This document shows, in pieces, positions 13,641 through 25,030 of a DNA stretch of 64,000 nt. This DNA is from Sphagnum compactum (Eukaryota). Position numbers and translations under genes: made by a program. The notes below the pieces were generated by a model that was given only the letters and a program-made list of their open reading frames with translations, did not search any database and was not told the origin of the DNA. Position 1 is the first letter of the stretch. The number at the start of each line of letters is the position of its first letter. The stretch spans positions 4,216,001 to 4,280,000 of the forward strand of contig OZ234494.1 of assembly GCA_965153455.1 (NCBI GenBank). Reading direction: 5' to 3'.

Positions 13641-16030
13641 TAAGGTTTAAGATTTAATTGAACAGTAATAAATAGGTTTTGAAATTGACATAAGGTTTGG
13701 GTATAATTAAGGTCAAACTTGTTTCTCATGTTTAAGGCCTTTTAAAAGGTTTTCACATTGGAATGGTGTATAAGCCTAAACATCTTTTCCATAATCTTTT
13801 CCTTTCACATTTTCACTTAAACATTGGATTCAAGTTCTTCAAATAGTGGTGAAGAGTTTTTTATGCCATGGGTGAAAAGGGCGTGGAGGAAAAGGTTTGC
13901 ATGGTTTTTTGTGGATTGCTTGCAATTCAACATTCCATGACCTTTTTCAATGTCAATTATGTGGGGTAGGTTGTTGATCGATTGGTGGATATGGCTATTG
14001 GTGCTTGCATCATGTTGGCTACAATGTAAGCAACACCACATTTGTTCAAAACCATAACAAATTTTTAAGTAATCAAGTTCAACAAGGTGGCATCCTTTGT
14101 CACACCTATTATTATGAATCGCACAATATGCATTTAGGTATGAGTTTTAGATTCAATTTGGGAGACCACAACACTTGTTACTCAAGTTTGCGTCACAATA
14201 TATGTGAAGATTTTGCACCATTTGTCCATCTATCAAAATTGGCACAATCATTTCAAAAGACCCAGCTATGTGGGGGAAGGGATGTTCATTATGTGACAAA
14301 TCAAGACAACTTTGGATTGGGCTTATATGCTGACTCATGTTAGGTGTGGTGAAGGTGTACAACAAAATGCATTCAATATTCCAAGTCAAGGTGGTGTGAC
14401 AGACTTGAGATTGAAACACAAGTAGTGCCAACGATCATGAAAAGATTTGACTTTACAAAGCTTAAGTTCAATCATCTTTTCCAAAGCGTGTAACTTTAAT
14501 TATAAATTTCCTCCCAAGGTGATTGATGGATTTCACACATGTGGTGCTTAGTGAACAAATGCAAAACCAAAATTTTTGTTTGGTTAGAATGAACCCTTTT
14601 AGTTATAATTGTAAAACTACTTGGATTCTAATTGTAAACCTACCTTGGATTACAATTGCAAAGCAATTGCCTTTGATTACATGTGCAAAACTCCTTTCAA
14701 TTATATTTTCAAAAAACAAATTACTTGTTGCTTGAACCCTTCATCTACAATGCAACTCATATCATTAGTCATTATAAGATTCATGATCTTTGACACTTTT
14801 TTTTTTATGACTAATAACTAGTGGATGCAAGAAATACACGTTGATTTTTGCGATTGACCTTAAATAATTTCAGCCCGCCCTTGCCATCCATACTTGCCTA
14901 ATCACACCCCTAAAAGATTTCAAAGAAAAACAAAATATACATGAATTGTGAGGAAAATACAACTTTTCATATGTAACTTAGTTCCCAACTTTGAGATTAT
15001 TCAAGTTCGAATGTAAAACTTAAAAAATAGGAAGCATAAGACATTTTCAAAATAATGCAAATCTTATAAAAGCAAGTTCTTTCCACAAAGTTACATTTGT
15101 TACCACATATCACTTACATGAGAAATGAAATCATTGGTCTTGGAAATGCAGTTATTAGATATTTACAGGTGCAATGTGAATTCTTTCATTAGAATAACAT
15201 AACTACATCACTTAACACCACATGCCATTTTAGCTATGATTTACTTTTAATGTACATTTTTTGGATTAAGCAACTTGGAACATAAATTTTGAAATTGGGG
15301 CTATATTAGTAGGCATTATCCAACATAATTGAAATTAGGTCTATAAAGTGAATCAAATTGTAGATAATAAAATGGAAGAATTTAGAATAGTCATTTGTTG
15401 CTTGATTGATCGTCAAAATGACATTCATCTGATTAACTTCCATTAACTTTCATGATAACAACAATAGTTCAATCCATAACAACACAAAAAAAACTTATAT
15501 CCAATCATTTGAACAAGTCCATGAACTCCTAAAAGATGTGGTAGGGGCATAGAATGTGTAATTAAAATAAATAATCTCTCTTAGCAACTTCTTAACAAAA
15601 CTCATCTACATGTGTGTTAGGGGGAGACATACAACATTAAGCAATTTGAAATCTAGAATGACTGTTTATTCCCAAGAATATTATTTCTTCATTTTGCAAA
15701 GTCAACCATAGAGCCTTGACTAATCACACTTCCGTAGTCAAGTGGGACAATAAAATTCATCATGTTATGAAAAAAATAGAATCTATAATTGACCATTGAT
15801 TTGAATGTATGAAAGCTAGAAGACAACTTTGATAACTAGAATAGGGAGTAAGGAAATAATTATAAAAGCAAGTGGACACCACATGATTTGAAAGGAGGCT
15901 GAAAAGGTGTTGTAAAAATGAAAGTTGCTTGAAGGGCACCACATGTGATTGTGTTGCTACATCCTAACATGACTACCTTACTTTTGGTGTGTAGTATAGA
16001 ACCTACCAAAGATCTCCTCTCATTTTTCAT

Positions 16031-16201
16031 CATCTTCATACACTTCCCACTTAATTATTGTAAACATGTTTTGCAACAAAAGATTGAAAGCCTAGTGAGT
16101 GTCAACTAGACAAACATCTTCATACACTTCCCACCTAATTCTTGTAAACATGTTTTGCAAGAAAAGATTGAAAGCCTAGTGAATGTCAACTAAACAAACA
16201 T
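16031..16201 (+). repeat. Tandem duplication of about 84 bp
   Basis: catcttcatacacttcccac...gtcaacta starts at 16031 and again at 16115. Confidence 0.85.
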
Positions 16202-19035
16202 AAGGGACTAAAACAATGTCAAGCTAACTTGAATCATTTTTTTAAAAGCACAAAAAGCCACAAACCTTGCACCCTTAACATACCTTGCAGCCTACCAAAG
16301 GTTGCATTTCCCTTCTCATGATAGTTCAACAATTGGAACAAAACCTTGTAACCTCTTGTATACATTCCAAATTCTCCTTTTAAATGACTATGGCAACCCA
16401 TAAAAACCTCCACGCAAGTTGCATTCCCTACAATGCAAAACCATGCTTCTCCTTGTTAAGGATGAAAAAAACTCAAGATGAAATCGAATTAACCCATGGT
16501 TTGGGTGAAAAAATGAATTTTATCTTGCATGTTTGTCCTTTGTGAAACCCTAGATGTAAATTTTGCATTTATGCCTTGTTTAGCTTGAATTGCTCCATTG
16601 TGCGTCAAGTTAAGGTTATTATATGAATAATTGTAATGTGTAACTCATAATGTTGGGTTATTGTATCAATCTTTTCTTCTTACATCCTAAGCCCTACAAC
16701 ACCCAACCTTTTAATTTCAAATTCTATAATGCTTTTGTAGTTGCCATTATGGGTGTATTAAATGACAATCCATGTTCCTTAGAAAGTACATAATTTTTCT
16801 TCAATGTGTGCAACTTTTGAAACCTCATAACATTCTAATTGTTAAGAATAACAAAAAGAAAGGTAGGTTGAACTTTCAAAAACTACAAAAGAATAGCCAT
16901 CAAAAGACAGCTTAGGAATTTTTGCATGAGCCACCTTGAAGGGACAAGGATGATGAGAGAGGGATGGGCTGGCACAGGCCAAGACAAATAGAAACAAAAC
17001 AAATAAAAATTGTTGAAGGATGGTGGGCACAAGGGGAGAGATGGAGGATGGTGAGGATGATGACAACAATCTAGCCTAGGAATGTCCCAAGGTCAGCAAT
17101 CTTGCTTCACACACAATCATTTAGCCTAGGGACGTCCATAGGTCGGCAAGCCTACTTTACACATGATCAATTAACCTAGGGACGCTAAAAAATAATTGTA
17201 TTATTTGATTAAAGTATTTGATTTAGAAAGTCAATTTTTAGCCTATTTCTAGGCACATTTTTCAATAATTAGGCACGATAGACCACGTCACACAGAAAAT
17301 TAAATTGTATTGGAAATCACACAAAGCTTTGTTTCCTTCCCAAAATGTGACAAGAGCATGTTTTTCGTAGCCAAATTTTGATTTCTTTTGCCCAAATTTT
17401 ACATCATGTTTCAATAAGTAGCCAAAAAAATAGAATTTTCCTTAAATGTTGCTAATTTTCTATAATTATTCTTTCAGCCAAATTTGGCTAAATCATGTTA
17501 TGGATGATGGCAACTTGTGCAACATTGAAAAACAAACAAACAAATAAATAAAACTGTTCTACTATAGATTAATTTTGAGGTAGTTTCCCTTTGATTTAAT
17601 TTCAACCTAACTTAGTAGGCGAGTGAGTACTTACTTATTCCTACAAAACAAATCAGGGCTCTTTCTTTGTCCTCTCTTCAATAATTTTAGAAATCAAAGG
17701 CTTACTATATTATGTTCCCACTTGAATGATTCTCCAAATCAAGGCTTTTTCTTTTGTCCCCAATTCCATTTTGATAGCCCGCCCCACACCTTTTGCTTGG
17801 ATTTCAGGTGTTCTTCCCCTTTCCTTATCTCCTTATCTGATATGCTCCTTGGAACTTTGGTGATGGTGGGGGGTGGGGAGGGAGGGGGATTTTGAGTACT
17901 TGATTTGTTCATGTTCCCTTTGCAGTGCACCTTGTGTTGGTGGTTTCTTCTTTTGGCCTGGACTTGAGTCCTTCCCTCTTGTACCTTTAGCCCCCCCTTT
18001 GTTTGGGTGCTTTGGTTTATTGATCGCTTGGCATGTTTTCATCACTTGCAATAGTTCTTATTTGTTATCTTTTTCCTTCCTTCAGTTGGCTGCCCGGTGA
18101 TGTGGTGTAGCTAAAAACAAGAGAAAATTTTATTGATAATTGTCAAATTTATTATTGAAAATTGATTTATTATTGTTACAAATGCACAACACAAAGATGT
18201 ACCTTGCATACTTTTTACCTCAACTGTTGAAATTCTGGAAAATATAAATTGGAAAATACTCAACCTTTTTTTTGCTAAAATAAATGAACATTCAACAAAG
18301 AAGTTGTGCTAAACATTAGTTGTAAGTAGGGTATTATTCAGAGCCCCTAGCAAAAGAAGTGGTGGTGAAGAACACTCTATGGGGCTACTACCATACTCCA
18401 GCAGAGTATGTGGGAAGTTTGCTCTGTGGGGATGCCTAAGGTGGAGGAAAAACTTGGGATTCTAGGGTTTCTCCTCAGATCTCAGCTTTCTCCTTTATGC
18501 TTCACTTCAATCAAGTGCTTCCCTTTGGTTCACCTTCACAGGTTTATGAAAGTTCTACAACCTTGGGCCCAAACAAATGAGATAAATACTATTGGGAGCA
18601 CCCCTGGGCAGCACATTGAAAACTTGGGATACCGTATTGGGAACGTATGAAAACAGACTAGGAACATGAAAGGAACACAAGAGTTTAAATTTCATGGGCC
18701 CAAGAGGAAAAAAGATGAACTCTCTTGAGTGTATATATAGAGTGATTGATATTAATTAGTTGGTGGTGTTTCACAAATCCAGTTTTGTTTTTTTTTTGCA
18801 ATGAGTTAGTTATTTTGATTGGCCCATCGCAAAAAAAAATTTGAAACTATGGAGGCTGCCCCAATATAGAAGCTTTTATTGAAAGATGGAGTGCCTCCCC
18901 TTCGGCCCACCTATCTAGGTGAAGGGGAGGACTTTGGGCAAAACATTATTATCTATAGTAAAGGAACAATGAAGCTTCCCCTGAAGCCGTGCGAATGAAG
19001 CTTCCCCTAAATCCGTCCGGCCCTAAATATAGCGA

Positions 19036-19460
19036 GGGCGTGGCTTTCCGATGTCTGTCATCCGTCCCGTCATCCAACCGGACGGACGGACATGTAGCCA
19101 CCGACAGTAGCTCAGTATATCAGGGGCGTGGCTTTTCCATGTTTGTCATCCGTCCCGTCATCCAACCGGACGGACGGACATGTAGCCACCGACAGTAGCT
19201 CAGTATACCGGGGGCGTGGCTTTCCCATGTCCGTCATCCGTCCCGTCATCCAACCGGACGGACGGACATGTAGCCACCGACAGTAGCTCAGTATACCAAG
19301 GGCGTGGCTTTCCGATGTCCGTCATCCGTCCCGTCATCCAACCGGACGGACGGACATGTAGCCACCGATAGTAGCTCAGTATACCGGGGGCGTGGCTTTC
19401 CCATGTCCGTCATCCGTCTCGTCATCCAACCGGACGGACGGACATGTAGCCACCGACAGT
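19036..19460 (+). repeat. 88-bp tandem array (about 5 units) near the Helitron 5' end
   Basis: GCGTGGCTTT recurs at 19038, 19126, 19214, 19302 and 19390. Confidence 0.95.
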
Positions 19461-19477
19461 ATACCGAGTTAGGGCTT

Positions 19478-20130
19478 TCGAAGTCAGTAACTGTGAAGTG
19501 CCTGGCTATGGGTGACTCTCTCTTAATTGATGTTGTCTCTTTTGATGTAGATACCCCTGTTAATTTCGAGCTCAAGTAAGTTTCTCCAGTCCTTATTTTT
19601 TGCAGACGTTTTTGGAAGCAGCAAAGCTATATAGAAACACACCAAAACAGTACTAACTTTTAGCAGAGCACCTTGCATCAAGAACATTTGTTTTCAGGCT
19701 CAAGAACCTAGATGATCTTTGGGTCACATTCAAATTTTTTTCCTTGACTTTGTAACTAAGCCCTAGAAGCAGTGATTGTTAGTTTTGTCCTTTTGATGCC
19801 AATAGCTATGTTTTTATTGGTTGTCATTAAGTACTTCGCTGATAATATTGATGCACTAAGGAGACCATTGTGTTATGTTTGAGTGCGGACATTGAATTTT
19901 GTTATTATGGGAGTTGTCACAAGGTATCAGATCTCACTGAACTTAATGTGAATCTGACAAATGGTTGAGTTTTTCAGGCCAAGAGAATTTGCTGTTGATG
20001 GAGGTGCAGCCAACTATGCTGAGCAGTACACTAATTTGCCAGGCTTGGTCGACCGTGTTCATTCTTCCATCCTTTCAAAGCTTGCCCCACCACCTGTGAA
20101 ACCAAGCCCTGGCACAGCTTCATCTAGCAG
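19478..20130 (+). pseudogene. Captured two-exon fragment of proteasome inhibitor PI31 (PSMF1-like)
   Basis: SKSVTVKCLAMGDSLLIDVVSFDVDTPVNFEL(K), GT-AG intron 19576-19977, then PREFAVDGGAANYAEQYTNLPGLVDRVHSSILSKLAPPP; splices in frame. Resembles the plant PI31 N-terminal domain (recognised from memory). No start or end of the gene is present. Confidence 0.7.
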
Positions 20131-21951
20131 GTTAGTCTCTGGACAATTTTTTCTTTTGTTCCTCTTGACTATGATATATATGTTCAAGTTCCCGATAGTG
20201 CTTTCCTCATGTTTTAACTATGGGTAGAGCACATGAGTTGAGAATATTTGCAAAATGTGAGCCCAAACTTGGCTATTGTGTCGTTCTAGGTCCCTTACTT
20301 TTGGAAATGCCCTTCACCCACTATATAGTCCAACACCTATCCAGTCCCTCTTTATCTCATTTATCCTTGAGAGCGGCCGTTTTGTTTGGCTATGTGAAAC
20401 TGTGCGGACGCCATTATTTTGGAACTATAGTTTGTAGTTGTAATTTTGTAATATGTACCGTCAAATACACACACCTAAATATAGCGAGGGCGTGGCTTTC
20501 CCATGTCCGTCATCCGTCCCATCATCCAACTGGACGGACATTTCCTCCATCCGTCCGACCCTTCCATCCATCCGTCCCGTCATCCATCCATGGATGGCAT
20601 CATACAGGGAAGAAAACCCTGGCAAAAATAAATTACCCCCCCCCCCGCCCCCAGCAATTTTAGGTGCATGTTTGATTTATTTTAAAACACACCTATGCAT
20701 TAGGCACGGGGCACAAACTTGCCCGGGCCCAGGGGGGGCACCCCCAAGATTTATTGCCCGTCCGGACCGTATTTGCACTTACACTTTATAGAAGTTATAT
20801 TAAGAGGAACTTGCACATGGCTTTCGCAACTCATTATTTTCCAAAACAATGCGGCTCTGCTTCAGCGGGTATAGGATCCACATAGTTTGCATGGTCAAAG
20901 TTGTAGAGAATTATCTCCATCAGAATCTCCTCCTCCTCATCACTAGAGCTACTTGCTGCCGCATGAACTTTCAATGTCGACAATCTCCTGATCTGGTGCA
21001 GATTCACGTCATGTGGCAATCCGGCAATAGCAACAGCAACAGCCGCTTAACGATGTTGTGGGTATAAGCTCTTCTGCATTGCTTCATCCTGCACCATCGG
21101 TAGTTGATCGCACGTACATCATGACCCGTAGCAGTTAGACTTTATATAATATTCTATGGTAATGAAAACTCTCATTCAAATACTTACCTGATCGTTGTGT
21201 TTGGATGTAGATGATCATATTCGACTTGACGTGGTGCTCCGTATTGTTCATGGCTGCCAGTTGCTGTGAGCTTTCTAGGTTCAACATACGTTGGGGGGTT
21301 TCTGCATATGAATATGTTGGAAATTTTTACATCGATTCTTGAGTTATGTTCTTATATTCATATAAGTTCAGGGTGGTTTTTTTGTTTTTGCAGGACTTTG
21401 CTTCTATAGTCAGTTCACCTCTATTGTCATATGGGTATAATTGCAGGTGATTTCATATTATTCTTCCTTAACCACATTGGAAAGCTTCACTCTACATATG
21501 TCATCCTTGAGCTTGCAGCAAAAGCTCATATTTCTGCACAGCAATCTTTGTCAAGGTGGAAGATGAATAATGGGGTAATAGAAATTTTGGAGCAATTACC
21601 GTAAACCAGTAGCTAAATATTCTTGGTTGTGCTCCTCTGCTCCTTCGCCTTAATGTACTGGATAGGAATTCTCCCCCTGAACTTTTATCATTTGTCCTTG
21701 CATTCCTTTGCATGCAGTTTTTTTCTACAGAGATCACAAATTATCAGTTTCCTCTCCGATCATTGTAAGCCTAGAAATAAGTCCAAGCTATTCATTATGG
21801 CCAAGGACATGAACCTCCTGGAATGCTTCCAAGCTATTAGGGGGCTGAGGGCAAAAATCTTCATTTTATTCATGTAATTTCTGGAAACCCTACTAAGCTG
21901 ATGTTTGTAAACTTCAAGATTGACTTATGCTGATGCAAGTTTCCATCCCAT

Positions 21952-22693
21952 ATGAGGCTGCTAGCAGAAGATTATAGCTTAAGAGGATTAATCCGAACCA
22001 TCTATCCGCATCACCGGTGCCACTCTGGAGATGCCATGTATCTTATGCAACGCAGCATTCTAGCCCCCAAGAATACTGATGTTGATGAAGTCAACAATGC
22101 AATTTTAGAATCGCTATCTGAAGAATCGCACACATACCTCAGCACAAATTCTTTGACTCCAACAGAAGAAGGTGCAAGTGTTGCTTTCAATGGATTCATT
22201 ATATCCGGTGGAATTTTTAGACACTTTGCAATTTAGCGGTATCGCAAATCATGAGCTGGAACTCAAAGTGGGTGTGCCAATCCTTTTGTTGCGTAATCTC
22301 AATCAATCAATAGGATTGTGCAATGGTACGAAGTTGATTGTCAAAAGATTGGGTCAGCGTGTCATTGAAGCGGAAATCATCACAGGAAACAATGTCGGCA
22401 AACGTGTGTTCATACCTCGCATCATCATGTCCCCCTCTGGGACTGATTAGCCATTTATTTTGCGTCGTCGTCAATTTCCAGTTCGAGTGGCATTTGCGAT
22501 CACAATCAACAAGAGTCAAGGTCAAACATTCAACAACGTTGGGGAATATTTGCCGTCTCCGGTCTATTCCCATGGTCAGCTCTATGTTGCTATTTCACGG
22601 GTCACAAGTAGTGCAAACATCAAGATTTTTAACGGCCAGGGTCCCGATAAATACATGTGGAATGTGGTATATAAAGAGGTTTTGGAAATGTAA
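21952..22693 (+). pseudogene. Helitron PIF1-type helicase C-terminal remnant
   Basis: [97 protein letters not shown]. One frameshift and one stop. A second tail fragment lies at about 25930-26023. Confidence 0.92.
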
Positions 22694-24625
22694 TTGATAG
22701 GTGTAATTTTGTAATATGTATTGTCAAATGCACAGGCAAAAATGGATTCATACTAGATTTTTTATTTAATTAAACAAAGTAACTACGACACCAATATCAT
22801 TGAGCATCATTTTGTAATATGTACCATCAAATACACACACCTGTGCATTAGGCACGGGGCTCAAACTTGCCCGGCCCCAAGGGGGGCACCCCCAAGATTT
22901 ACTATACAGAGGACGGGGTGTTTTTCTTTTCATTTTCTTTTTTGTTCTCTGTTTTCGGTGTTTCTTTTTGTTTATAATAATAATAATAAAATAGAAAAAT
23001 GAAAAATTATCTTATATATATATGTACCGTCAAATACACACACCTGTGCATTATGCACGGGGCTCAAACTAGTTATTACATATTGTAAGGGAAGAATGAA
23101 GCTTCCCCTGAATCCGTCTATCTCATCATCCGTCTATTTAAGCCAGGCGAACATTTCATCCATCCCGTCATCCGGCTTAAATGGGGTGAAAGGAGGATAA
23201 CATTTGACAAAGCATGCATGGAAAGGGTGACTATCTACTGTCCAAGTGGAAATTGAACAGTGGACAGTCCACTCTCCACACCAAACACAACTTGCCAAAA
23301 AAATCCCCTTCCTCTCCCCCCCCTCCCTCCACCCACAAGGCAAAAAAGGAGGCCCCTTCACTGCATGACACGAGACTTCTCATTGGTTGCATGGAAATTC
23401 TATTCCTAAAATTGGATGCCACTATTTTTGGCCTGGACTAATAGCTTTTCCTAAGAACACCCTACCTATGGTTTGCGCAACAGGAAGGGGATAAATTTCC
23501 ATTCAACACCAAGATTCTGAACCCCATTGTGGATTTCTGATTATTGTAGTAGAGGGGACAGCTTCAACACATATCTGTCAAATAAATAAATAATTATTAA
23601 TACTCCATGTCAAAAAAATCCTTAATATTTCAAAAGAATCTATATTTTCCTTGAAGTGCTTTATTTCTTCCAATTTTTTTAATTTCAAAATTTATAAAAA
23701 TAATATAATTAGTGTCAAAGCTTCCAAGGTAGTAAGGTACTTCAGTGATATCACCATGCAACAAAAATAAAAGTTATGAAATATAGGGGAAAGCCTGCTC
23801 CTGAGGGCTCTTCAATGGATGAACACATCCAAACAGAACAAATATATATTTTAAAAAGGAAAAAACTTAGAAAAAAAATAAAAACAAAAAAACACTTTAA
23901 CAATTAGAAACTTTTTGTAAACACTTAAACATGAAACAAAAAAGGGAAATACAGTAAAATAATCTTAAAAGATGACAAACAATAAGAAACCAAACAGAGA
24001 GCAAAAGAAAGAGAAAAAAAACCATACTTGAAAAAAAAAAAAGGTTTGTCTTCTTTTTCCAAACTTCAAACCTGCATCTAATCAAACAAAAAAAAAAAAA
24101 AAAATTTAATTATTTTGATTATAAAACATATTAGAAAAACTAGAATTTTTTTGAAAAGAAAATAGAAACTAAATAAATAAATAAACACATAAAAATAGAA
24201 AAAATGAAGATAGACAAAATAAGAATAGAAAAATTTAAACGTAAACAGAAAAAAGTAAAAACACAAAAACTATAAAAAAGGAATGGAAACAAATGAAACA
24301 AGGAAAGGGAAATACAGTAAAATCATTTCAAAAGAAAAAAATTACAAAAAAAAAAGAAAACAAATAAAGAGTAGAAAACAAGAAAAAATAAAACTTATAA
24401 TAATGAAGAAAAACCCTACTTGAAAAAGAATGAGGTGTGTCTTCTTTCTCCAAACTTCAAACTTGCATCCAAATAAACAAAAATACAAAAGCGAAAAAGA
24501 AAAAATTTATTTTTATTATACAAAATAATAATAAAAATAGAAAACATATTTAAAAAAATAAGATAAAAGTTTTGAAAAAAAACTAAAACATGAACCAAAA
24601 CACACCTGTGCATTAGGCACGGGGT

Positions 24626-25030
24626 TCCAGTGCGTAACCAACCTGTCCAAAATGTTCAATGGGAGGAGGGAACCAAACCCAACCCATTCCAGTGTGTAAC
24701 CAACCTGTTCAGAATGTTCAACTTATGGGAGGAGGGAACCAAACCCATTCCAGTACGTAACCAACCTATTCCAGTGCGTAACCAACGTATCCGAAATGTT
24801 CGATGGGGCAAGGAACCAAACTCATTCAAGTGCGTAATCAACTTATTCAGAATGTTCAATGGGGGACGGAACCAAACCCATTCCAGTAATGTAACCAACT
24901 TATCCAGAATGTTCAATGGGGGGAGGGCACCAAACCCATTCCAGTAATATAACCAACTTATCCAAAATGTTGAATGGGGGAGGGAATTAAACCCATTCCA
25001 ATGTGTAACCAATGTATCCAGAGTGTTCAA
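24626..25030 (+). repeat. Tandem array of about 58 bp inside the Helitron
   Basis: Repeated ccagtgcgtaaccaac...aatgttcaatgggg..aaccaaacccatt, about 7 units. Confidence 0.85.

Noticed and set aside
13800-14750. Possible decayed DNA-transposase remnants (also at about 1-850 and 31300-32500)
   Set aside because: No diagnostic motif could be read with confidence.
19036-19460. CRISPR-like regular repeat
   Set aside because: Whole units are repeated with no unique spacers and no cas genes; eukaryotic context.
23860-24600. Phe/Lys-rich ORFs (also at 50330-50800)
   Set aside because: Artefacts of A-rich low-complexity tracts.
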